Assembly: GCA_031963245.1 (NCBI GenBank)
Contig: JASSUC010000016.1
Coordinates: 15,800-47,799 of the forward strand
Length of the DNA stretch: 32,000 nt
DNA from: Mycoavidus cysteinexigens
GTDB lineage: Bacteria; Pseudomonadota; Gammaproteobacteria; Burkholderiales; Burkholderiaceae
Reading direction: 5' to 3'
In this document: positions 22,509 through 29,821 of the stretch, one piece after another
Numbering within the stretch: position 1 is the stretch's first letter
How the letters are laid out: each line of letters begins with the position of its first letter
Notes under the pieces: model-generated
Told to the model about the DNA's origin: nothing
The model's input: only the letters and a program-made list of their open reading frames with translations
Database searches by the model: none
Position numbers and translations under genes: made by a program

Positions 22509-22526
22509 CTGCTGTTTAAACAGCAG
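22509..22526. promoter_or_regulatory. Perfect 18-bp palindrome in the wzxE/wecB divergent intergenic region (operator or leader terminator candidate)
   Basis: CTGCTGTTTAAACAGCAG lies 58 nt upstream of the wecB ATG. Read on the minus strand it forms a 7-bp stem with a 4-nt loop, followed by ATTTTTTATCGC, which has intrinsic-terminator geometry. Confidence 0.4.
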
Positions 22527-22583
22527 CATTTGTTAAGTCTATCTCTGCATGGATGATGGCTTCAAATCAAAGGCCGACAATCG

Positions 22584-23714
22584 ATGAAAAAAATATTAAC
22601 TGTTTTTGGCACGCGCCCGGAAGCCATCAAAATGGCGCCGGTTGTGCGTGCTCTTAGCAAACATACTCAATTTGAAGCTAAAGTGTGCGTTACCGCACAA
22701 CACCGACAGATGCTTGATCAAGTCTTGACTCTTTTCAATATCAAGCCCGATTTCGATCTAAATATCATGCAGCCAGGGCAGAATCTCTTCTCCATCACAG
22801 CCAACATCCTGGAAAGCTTCAAACCTGTGCTAATGGAATACCAACCTGATTTTGTTCTGGTCCATGGCGATACTGCAACCACCTTTGCTGCCTCGCTAAC
22901 GGCTTATTACTTAAAAATTCCGGTCGCGCATGTCGAGGCGGGTTTGCGCACCGGCAACTTGTATTCACCCTGGCCAGAAGAGGCCAATCGTAGATTAACC
23001 GGCACCCTGGCGCATTTACATTTCGCCCCCACAGCGCAATCACGCGACAATCTTCTGAAAGAAAATATCGCCGCTGAGCGTATCGTGGTAACCGGAAATA
23101 CCGTGATTGATGCGCTCTTAGAGGTTAAACAAAAAATCGTCAGCAACCCTGAACTGGCCACTCGCCTGGCCAAACAATTCCCACAGCTCAATCGCACACG
23201 ACAGCTGGTGCTCATTACCGGACATCGCAGAGAGAATTTCGGCGATGGCTTCGAACGTATTTGTACCGCCATCGCAACCCTTGCCAAACGCTATCCCAAG
23301 GTCGATTTCGTTTATCCGGTTCATCTTAATCCGAATGTGCAAGAACCCGTCCAACGCACCCTCAAAGGCATCAGCAATATTCACCTGATTGAGCCACTGG
23401 ACTATTTGCCGTTCGTCTACCTGATGATGCGCTCAACTCTGATCCTCACCGACTCGGGAGGCGTGCAAGAAGAAGCCTCATCACTTGGCAAGCCAGTCTT
23501 GCTCATGCGAGAAAATACAGAGCGCCCCGAAGCATTAGAGGCAGGTCTCGTACGTCTGGTCAGTACGGATATCGACACCTTGTGCCAACAAGTTAGTCTG
23601 CTGCTTGATGACCTAACCGAATATAACCAGATAAGCGCGCACGCTCATAACTTATATGGAGATGGCAAAGCATCTGAGCGCATCGTGCAAACGTTAGCTG
23701 CCTACCAAGCATAA
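22584..23714 (+). CDS. wecB: UDP-N-acetylglucosamine 2-epimerase (non-hydrolysing)
   Basis: 376 aa, the same length as E. coli WecB, and collinear throughout ([19 protein letters not shown]; [16 protein letters not shown]; DLNIMQPGQ; VLVHGDT.TT; [21 protein letters not shown]; [10 protein letters not shown]; TGHRRENFG; YPVHLNPNV; [28 protein letters not shown]; [10 protein letters not shown]). Confidence 0.95.
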   Translation: MKKILTVFGTRPEAIKMAPVVRALSKHTQFEAKVCVTAQHRQMLDQVLTLFNIKPDFDLNIMQPGQNLFSITANILESFKPVLMEYQPDFVLVHGDTATTFAASLTAYYLKIPVAHVEAGLRTGNLYSPWPEEANRRLTGTLAHLHFAPTAQSRDNLLKENIAAERIVVTGNTVIDALLEVKQKIVSNPELATRLAKQFPQLNRTRQLVLITGHRRENFGDGFERICTAIATLAKRYPKVDFVYPVHLNPNVQEPVQRTLKGISNIHLIEPLDYLPFVYLMMRSTLILTDSGGVQEEASSLGKPVLLMRENTERPEALEAGLVRLVSTDIDTLCQQVSLLLDDLTEYNQISAHAHNLYGDGKASERIVQTLAAYQA

Positions 23715-23804
23715 TTAGACACGGGTAAAACACGGTGGGCAATTCACTCGACCCGCATCATACATTGATCAAGGGTTGGCAAATTTTTTGCTTAAAAAAT
23801 TTCT

Positions 23805-25100
23805 ATGAAACATACGAATTTTAAGAAAGTATGTGTAGTCGGTCTTGGCTACATTGGCCTACCTACTGCCGCGATACTGGCGTCCCGAAAAGTCAAAGTG
23901 GCCGGCGTCGATATCAACTCCCACACAGTCGACACGATTAATGCGGGAAAGATTCATATCGTTGAACCCGAGCTTGACATTATCGTGCGCGCGGTGGTGC
24001 AAGAAGGCTATTTAAAAGCTTCAACGCAACCTGAAGCAGCCGATGCATTCATCATCGCCGTACCGACACCTAGTAAGAAAGATCATCAACCTGATCTAAG
24101 TTATGTGCGCGCAGCAGCCGAATCAATCGCACCGGTACTCAAGCCAGGTGATTTGGTGATCTTGGAATCCACTTCCCCCGTGGGCACCACCGATCAGATG
24201 ATCGCTTGGCTCACCATAGCTCGACCCGATTTATCCTTTCCTAACCCCCAGCAAGAAAACGACATACCTGATGTCAATATCGCGTATTGCCCTGAGCGCG
24301 TGCTACCCGGCCAAGTCATACGTGAACTGGTGCAAAACGATCGCATTATCGGCGGCATAACAACCCGCTGTGCCCAGCGCGCGCAAGCGTTATATCGTGT
24401 CTTTGCGACAGGAAAACTGCTGACCACCAACGCCCGCACAGCAGAAATGGCTAAGCTGACAGAAAACGCTTTCCGTGATGTCAATATCGCATTCGCAAAT
24501 GAGCTTTCGCTGATTTGCGACCAACTCAGCATTAATGTATGGGAGTTGATTAAACTCGCCAATCATCATCCCCGGGTGAATATACTGCAGCCGGGTCCGG
24601 GCGTCGGCGGCCATTGTATTGCAGTTGACCCTTGGTTTATCGTCAGTCGCTCACCTGAGCAGGCAAAACTCATTCGAACCGCCCGACAAATCAATGACCA
24701 TAAGCCAGAATGGGTGATTAACAAAGTTAACGAAGCGATTGATCAATGTCTGGCAAGTGGTCAACGTGCGGTCCGCCAAGAAGTTGTCGTTGCCTTACTG
24801 GGATTAGCATTTAAGCCTAATATTGATGATTTTCGAGAAAGTCCGGCAGCGCATATTGCAAAAAAACTACTCGCGACTTCAGAGGCGCGCTTTATTGTGG
24901 TTGAACCTTTTATTGACCAGTTGCCAGCCGATCTAGCTCACGCCCACTTGGCAGAGTTAGAGCCAGCGCTAGCCGCAGCCGATGTCATCGCCGTCTTAGT
25001 CAAGCATGATTGTTTCAAAGCCATGATCAAACTGCTTAACCCCCCAGCACGCCTAATCGATGCTGTAGGGATCTTAGAAGACGCTGAGCATCTTCAATAG
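23805..25100 (+). CDS. wecC: UDP-N-acetyl-D-mannosamine dehydrogenase
   Basis: 431 aa, collinear with recalled E. coli WecC (VVGLGYIGLPTAA; GVDIN.HTVDTIN.GKIHIVEPEL; IIAVPTP; LESTSPVGTT; VNIAYCPERVLPGQV..EL..NDRIIGG; RTAEMAKLTENAFRDVNIAFANELSLIC; INVWELIKLANHHPRVNILQPGPGVGGHCIAVDPWFIV; GLAFKPNIDDFRESPA). Confidence 0.95.
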   Translation: MKHTNFKKVCVVGLGYIGLPTAAILASRKVKVAGVDINSHTVDTINAGKIHIVEPELDIIVRAVVQEGYLKASTQPEAADAFIIAVPTPSKKDHQPDLSYVRAAAESIAPVLKPGDLVILESTSPVGTTDQMIAWLTIARPDLSFPNPQQENDIPDVNIAYCPERVLPGQVIRELVQNDRIIGGITTRCAQRAQALYRVFATGKLLTTNARTAEMAKLTENAFRDVNIAFANELSLICDQLSINVWELIKLANHHPRVNILQPGPGVGGHCIAVDPWFIVSRSPEQAKLIRTARQINDHKPEWVINKVNEAIDQCLASGQRAVRQEVVVALLGLAFKPNIDDFRESPAAHIAKKLLATSEARFIVVEPFIDQLPADLAHAHLAELEPALAAADVIAVLVKHDCFKAMIKLLNPPARLIDAVGILEDAEHLQ

Positions 25101-25114
25101 CTTCTTTAACCGTC

Positions 25115-25166
25115 ATCAAATAGAGAACGTCCCCTCAATGATCAAATAGAGAGCGTTCCCTCAATG
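25115..25166. repeat. 26-nt tandem duplication (2 copies, 2 mismatches) spanning the stop codon of the beta-helix gene
   Basis: 25115..25140 is atcaaatagagaacgtcccctcaatg and 25141..25166 is atcaaatagagagcgttccctcaatg. The second copy encodes the gene's last residues IEGTLSI plus its stop. The extra copy would read IEGTFSI plus stop. It fills most of the 41-nt spacer between the convergent wecC and beta-helix genes. Confidence 0.9.
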
Positions 25167-27253
25167 CGGACTCTAGTACTGGATGGCGGTGCAACCGCAT
25201 CAAGCTGACCTTCCTCGATACGCCCTGTCTCAAGCAAAAATGAAGGCGGGGTAAAAGCGGCTGGAGCCAGTAAAATTTTGCCGCGCACAAAATGGACATG
25301 AGTGGCTTGATAGTGATTCACCCCATCCACTAACTGAATATGCGCTACGTTTGCGTGCGCTACGATGCTACGGTAAGGTCCTAAACGCCAATGGATCAGG
25401 CGATCATTGCCAACGCGAGACAATAGAGCGCCTTGATTGGCGGTATTTGACAAGACGGTATTACCGGCTAGGGTGAAGTGCTGCTCAGCGGTACCGGTTA
25501 AACATAGGGCAACATTTTCAATACGGCACGCATCTAATGTCATGTTATGCGCTGCGATCCACAGAGAAGCACTTGCTCGATTGCCCTCAAAAGTGCAATT
25601 ATTGAAGAAAATAGCACTGTGAGCATAAACCGAATTTCTTTCGACTGGCGGCAAGTGCGTTTGGCAATACCGGCCGAGATGATCTTCTGCGCTGCTGGTT
25701 AAATCATGCCGACTATCCAGCCTGAAACTACAGCCATTGAAGGTATTCAACCGGCAAGATAAAGCCGTATGCTGAACCAAGGTCAGTTCACTCGCCACCG
25801 TGCAGCCTCGCAGTTGAACTCCATCCGCATTAAGTCGCATAATGCCGGTATTGGGCCGGCCCTCCACTGGCAACACATGGACATCATCCAATGTTAGGTC
25901 AGTGACTTTCTCATTGGCAATAAAAAGTGTACAGGTGTGGTTGCGTACCGTAATGCGTTTGGCTGAAGCCCCCCACTGCTTGCCTGAATTAGCAAAAGAT
26001 ATCGCACCCACATTCCCTGAGTAGACTAGGTCATGCTCATATTGCCCGTGCGTCACAAAGGCGCCATCATGATCACCATTGCTATGACAATTTTCTACGG
26101 TGCAATATGCACTCGAAACAAAATCATTCAGATGCCGAGCATTGGCAGAGCTACACTCCAGAATATGCCCGTAAAGACAATGGATATGCTGTGCTAAGTA
26201 ACCCGCACCGCCATACTTGATGTTGACCGGATTGGTTAATGAACACCGTTCAGTGCGAAAGAATGTGCACCAGCGCCTGATAATGGCGCTCCAGAAAGTT
26301 CCCTCTGCATGAATTGCCGATACATTACAGGACACCGCATATTCAAACGCAATCGGGTGAGAGCCGGTATTTGGAGCCGTGCCATGTCCGCTAAAGCGCA
26401 TATTGCTAATATGGACCTGTTCAATAACCCTCACCTGCGCCCACCGGATCTGCCGCCCTGCTGATAAAGGCCAGCCATTTTTATAATTGACCCGAACCTG
26501 CTTTGCATCAATAATTTGGGTAATTTGGACTAACTTTTGCAGTTCTTTGGCTAAACGCTCGCCCGGTGCGTCAGACTCAAGCCGATACCACTGCCCAACA
26601 GAAAATTTGCTTGCATCACTAACCGGAAAAATATCAGTCTGTTCCGGCAAGACTGCATGCAAGGTGACCGTATCCGTATTGGCAGCAGGCTTACCACTAA
26701 AAAACAGCACCGCCGCCAAAGCGTTAATCTGTTTCGCACCAACCGGCTCAATCCCGAGTGTAGTCACCGTTTGACCTCCAAAATCCAGCGTCAGGTTGCT
26801 ACGATAAAAATGGTGGCGACGAACAAAATTGAGTGGCGTATGCGCCTCGATACGATGAATCGTAGGATCATTCACCATCGCCGCCAGCGCATCATCTGCA
26901 TTCGTCTCTGCATTAAAAACACCAAATTGCCTAAAATCGACAATCCCTTCATGCAGTTGAAGCCAGCGACCTTTAGCCTGGCTCACAGCAGCAATAACCG
27001 TGCCACCGTTGATCATCCGTTCAGAAGATGCATCCCAATAAGCCAGCATCCCGCCGCCGTCGCCAGCACTGTAATAACCTAATGTGATAACCACCGTACC
27101 GTCCCCCGGCTGCGTAAGACCTAATGCGATCAAAGCGGCAACTGACGTAACCGGTTTGATCGCATTTGCCGACAGGGTTGATTTTAAAGGCGCTAGAGCG
27201 AATCCACCGGCGGCCATGCCTAGAACTGTGCTTAAAAAATAACGGCGCGTCAT
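25142..27253 (-). CDS. Tat-signal secreted right-handed parallel beta-helix protein (pectate-lyase fold; putative periplasmic or extracellular polysaccharide glycanase/lyase)
   Basis: Start placed at the ATG at 27253, with a GGAGAGGAGAG Shine-Dalgarno about 8 nt upstream. This gives MTRRYFLSTVLGMAAGGFALAPLKSTLSANA|IKP, which has the twin-arginine consensus (T-R-R-x-F-L), a hydrophobic core and an AxA cleavage site. The N-terminal domain resembles pectate-lyase-superfamily or tailspike N-domains (GYYSAGDGGGMLAYWD...NGGTVIA...GRWLQL..G.VDFRQFG). The remainder is a series of PbH1-like coils of about 22-25 aa (HISNMRFSGHG; VSCNVSAIHAEG; CSLTNPVNI; CTVENCHSNGDHDGAFVTHG; ITVRNHTCT; LTLDDVHVL; VQLRGCTV; NTFNGCSF; FFNNCTFEG; MTLDACRIEN). 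Function is inferred from fold and context only. Confidence 0.6.
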   Translation of the reverse strand: MTRRYFLSTVLGMAAGGFALAPLKSTLSANAIKPVTSVAALIALGLTQPGDGTVVITLGYYSAGDGGGMLAYWDASSERMINGGTVIAAVSQAKGRWLQLHEGIVDFRQFGVFNAETNADDALAAMVNDPTIHRIEAHTPLNFVRRHHFYRSNLTLDFGGQTVTTLGIEPVGAKQINALAAVLFFSGKPAANTDTVTLHAVLPEQTDIFPVSDASKFSVGQWYRLESDAPGERLAKELQKLVQITQIIDAKQVRVNYKNGWPLSAGRQIRWAQVRVIEQVHISNMRFSGHGTAPNTGSHPIAFEYAVSCNVSAIHAEGTFWSAIIRRWCTFFRTERCSLTNPVNIKYGGAGYLAQHIHCLYGHILECSSANARHLNDFVSSAYCTVENCHSNGDHDGAFVTHGQYEHDLVYSGNVGAISFANSGKQWGASAKRITVRNHTCTLFIANEKVTDLTLDDVHVLPVEGRPNTGIMRLNADGVQLRGCTVASELTLVQHTALSCRLNTFNGCSFRLDSRHDLTSSAEDHLGRYCQTHLPPVERNSVYAHSAIFFNNCTFEGNRASASLWIAAHNMTLDACRIENVALCLTGTAEQHFTLAGNTVLSNTANQGALLSRVGNDRLIHWRLGPYRSIVAHANVAHIQLVDGVNHYQATHVHFVRGKILLAPAAFTPPSFLLETGRIEEGQLDAVAPPSSTRVRIEGTLSI

Positions 27254-27293
27254 AAGTAATCTCTCCTCTCCCTTAACACGCATCATATTCGAA

Positions 27294-27316
27294 AAAATTG
27301 ATTTTTTATCAATTTT
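27294..27316. promoter_or_regulatory. AT-rich 9-bp inverted repeat in the divergent promoter region between the beta-helix gene and the GT4 transferase gene
   Basis: aaaattgat (27294..27302), then ttttt, then atcaatttt (27308..27316). This is a possible operator; the sequence alone gives no further support. Confidence 0.25.
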
Positions 27317-27425
27317 CCCCTATAAGTGGAGACGAGTAATAAATAAAATTCGTGGGTCTTCTGCATAATGAATCTGATGAAAGAAGAGCTTCTTTAAACG
27401 TGTTGTAGCTAGAAAAATATTGACT

Positions 27426-28556
27426 ATGCTTAATTTCACGCTCAGCTTTACTGTCTCAACCCTGGTCATTTTTTTGATTGTGCGTTATCAGCATTTGCAT
27501 GGCCATTTATCGGCTGATCACAGCCTGTCCGGCCCACAAAAAATCCATCAGCAATCCGTACCACGTATCGGCGGCATTGCGATCCTCGCCGGCCTCACCG
27601 TAGCCGCCGGTCAGCTTTACCGCAACGATCCGCGCCTTTCGTTGAACATATTATCCCTCGTCGCCTGCGGACTGCCGGCTTTTTTAGCAGGCCTCACCGA
27701 AGACTTCACTAAACGCGTAACGCCATTCATTCGCCTCAGCTGTACGATAGCTGCCGCCGGCCTGGCCTATTTCTTGCTTGACCTTTATGTGACACGCACC
27801 GGCATTGCCCTGCTTGACTCGGTCATCGCTTATCCGGCTCTCGGCTGCCTCTTTACCCTACTTGTGGTCGCAGGACTGGCCAATGCGATTAACTGCATCG
27901 ACGGCATTAATGGCTTAGCTGCAATGATTACGTTTTTGATGTCGGCATCGCTTGCCTACGTTGCACAGCAAGTCTCTGACACGCTCATACTTTCGGCAGC
28001 ACTGATTATGATGGGCGCCATTCTCGGTTTTTTTATTTGGAATTTTCCGACTGGACGGATTTTTATGGGCGATGGTGGCGCTTATTTCATTGGCTTTATG
28101 TTAGGTGAATTATCTATTTTATTAGTCATGCACCATCCTGAGGTTTCTGCTTGGTACCCTGTCTTAATGCTACTTTACCCAATTTTTGAAGTGTGTTTCT
28201 CAATCTATCGCAGACGCTTCTTACACGGCACCTCAGCCACCTTAGCAGATGATCGGCATTTACATACATTGATTTACAAACGGCTCATGCGTCCAACGGC
28301 GAACGCACAAGGTACGCGCACGCTGACCCAGTGTAATGCACTGACTGCCCCTTACCTTTGGCTGTTATATTTGATTGCAGGGGTGCCGGCAACACTCTTT
28401 TGGCAGCATACCGCCGTGCTAGTTTGCTTCGCTATAGTGTTTATCGCAGCTTACGTCTGGCTTTACGCCAGTATTGTGCGGTTTAAGACACCATGGTGGC
28501 TATTGTTTGGCCGACATCGCACACGCATGCAAGCAAACGTTCCCACTAATGATTAG
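27426..28556 (+). CDS. Polyprenyl-phosphate N-acetylhexosamine-1-phosphate transferase, glycosyltransferase family 4 (MraY/WecA/WbpL family); probable initiating enzyme of the locus
   Basis: Polytopic membrane protein carrying the family motifs: PRIGGIAILAG; LTEDF (the D-D/E-D Mg site); NAINCIDGINGLA (NxxNxxDGxDGL); IFMGDGGAYFIGF; D..HLHTLI (the HIHH equivalent). By eye it is much less similar to E. coli WecA than the neighbouring Wec proteins are to their E. coli counterparts. The start is the ATG at 27426 or the TTG at 27420. Confidence 0.8.
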   Translation: MLNFTLSFTVSTLVIFLIVRYQHLHGHLSADHSLSGPQKIHQQSVPRIGGIAILAGLTVAAGQLYRNDPRLSLNILSLVACGLPAFLAGLTEDFTKRVTPFIRLSCTIAAAGLAYFLLDLYVTRTGIALLDSVIAYPALGCLFTLLVVAGLANAINCIDGINGLAAMITFLMSASLAYVAQQVSDTLILSAALIMMGAILGFFIWNFPTGRIFMGDGGAYFIGFMLGELSILLVMHHPEVSAWYPVLMLLYPIFEVCFSIYRRRFLHGTSATLADDRHLHTLIYKRLMRPTANAQGTRTLTQCNALTAPYLWLLYLIAGVPATLFWQHTAVLVCFAIVFIAAYVWLYASIVRFKTPWWLLFGRHRTRMQANVPTND

Positions 28557-28686
28557 CCTACGCTAGCAACCGGCTTAAGGCTATTCACCCGTAGCAAGTG
28601 CTGTCAGCCCTTCACGCCCACACAACACTTCGCTTAGAAAATTTTACGGATATACATCATAGCGTAGCAGCCGCATCAAGGATGCT

Positions 28687-29820
28687 TCAGGCAAAGTAGC
28701 GGGTAACAGCGTCTATCACAGCGCGGTGGGTAATATCTGTCATGTTATAGAAAAGCGGCAGCCGCACTAAACGCTCACTATCTTTGGTTGTGTATCTATC
28801 CTCACCATGGAAGACACCAAACCGTTGCCCCGCGGGAGAGCTATGCAGTGGAACGTAGTGAAAAACAGCCAGAATACCGGCGTCGCGCATCGCGCTAATA
28901 AAAGCATTACGATCTTTAATGTCACGCAGTTTGAGATAAAACATATGTGCGTTGTGGTCACAGTCTGGCGCAATAGCCGGTAGTTCAATGTGCCCTTGCT
29001 GCGCCAAAGACTGAAATGCCTGAAAATAGCCGTGCCACAATGCAAGACGGCGCGCGTTGATCTGCTCGACTGCCTCTAGCTGCGCCCACAGATAGGCTGC
29101 CTGTAAATCAGACATCAGATAGCTAGAACCGATGTCTCGCCACGTATATTTATCCGTCTGACCACGCAGGAATTGGTTGCGATTTGTCCCTTTTTGACGA
29201 ATAATTTCCGCTCGTTCGATCTGTTCAGCCTGGTTGATCAAGATAGCGCCACCTTCCCCACCCGCGGTATAGTTCTTGGTTTCGTGAAAGCTGTAACACC
29301 CAATGTGGCCGATACTCCCCAGCGCACGACCTTTATACGTGGCAGCGACCCCTTGTGCGGCGTCTTCTACCACCCACAGCTGATGTTGGTCAGCAATCGC
29401 CATAATTGCATCCATCTCACACGCAACGCCGGCATAGTGAATTGGCACGATCGCTCGAGTTCTGCTGGTGAGTGCCGCTTCAATCCGGGTCTCGTCTATA
29501 TTCATGGTGTCAGGACGCACATCCACAAAGACAATTTTGGCACCACGCAGCACAAACGCATTAGCGGTGGAGACAAAAGTAAAACTGGGCATCACCACTT
29601 CGTCGCCTGGCTGAATATCGAGCAAGATAGCCGCCATTTCCAGCGCTGCCGTACAAGAGGGGGTGAGCAGCACTTTGTGGCTGTGAGTATACTGTTCAAA
29701 CCACTGTTGGCAGCGTTGCGTAAAGTGACCATCACCATTTAGCACATTACTGGCTAACGCAGATTGGATATGGCCTAATTCAGTGCCGACCAGAGCCGGC
29801 GTATTAAATGGAATCATCAT
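28687..29820 (-). CDS. wecE: dTDP-4-amino-4,6-dideoxygalactose transaminase (PLP-dependent, DegT/DnrJ/EryC1 family)
   Basis: From the ATG-ATG at 29820/29817 (MMIPFNTPALVGTELGHIQSA) the product of about 377 aa is collinear with recalled E. coli WecE of 376 aa. Long identical runs include VLLTPSCTAALEMAAILLDIQPGDEV.MPSFTFVSTANAFVLRGAKIVFVDVRPDTMNIDET; HYAGVACEMD; VVEDAAQGV; YKGRALG.IGHIGC.SFHETKNYTAGGEGGA; KGTNR.QF.RGQ.DKYTWRDIGSSYLMSDLQAAYLWAQLEA; and EDRYTTK.SERL.RLPLFYN. The start lies 1 nt after the wecD stop. The upstream extension in the track ORF overlaps wecD. Confidence 0.95.
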   Translation of the reverse strand: MMIPFNTPALVGTELGHIQSALASNVLNGDGHFTQRCQQWFEQYTHSHKVLLTPSCTAALEMAAILLDIQPGDEVVMPSFTFVSTANAFVLRGAKIVFVDVRPDTMNIDETRIEAALTSRTRAIVPIHYAGVACEMDAIMAIADQHQLWVVEDAAQGVAATYKGRALGSIGHIGCYSFHETKNYTAGGEGGAILINQAEQIERAEIIRQKGTNRNQFLRGQTDKYTWRDIGSSYLMSDLQAAYLWAQLEAVEQINARRLALWHGYFQAFQSLAQQGHIELPAIAPDCDHNAHMFYLKLRDIKDRNAFISAMRDAGILAVFHYVPLHSSPAGQRFGVFHGEDRYTTKDSERLVRLPLFYNMTDITHRAVIDAVTRYFA

Positions 29821-29821
29821 C

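Noticed and set aside
29173-29742. 189-aa plus-strand ORF.
   Set aside because: It is entirely antisense to the very well supported wecE gene, and its translation has no motifs.
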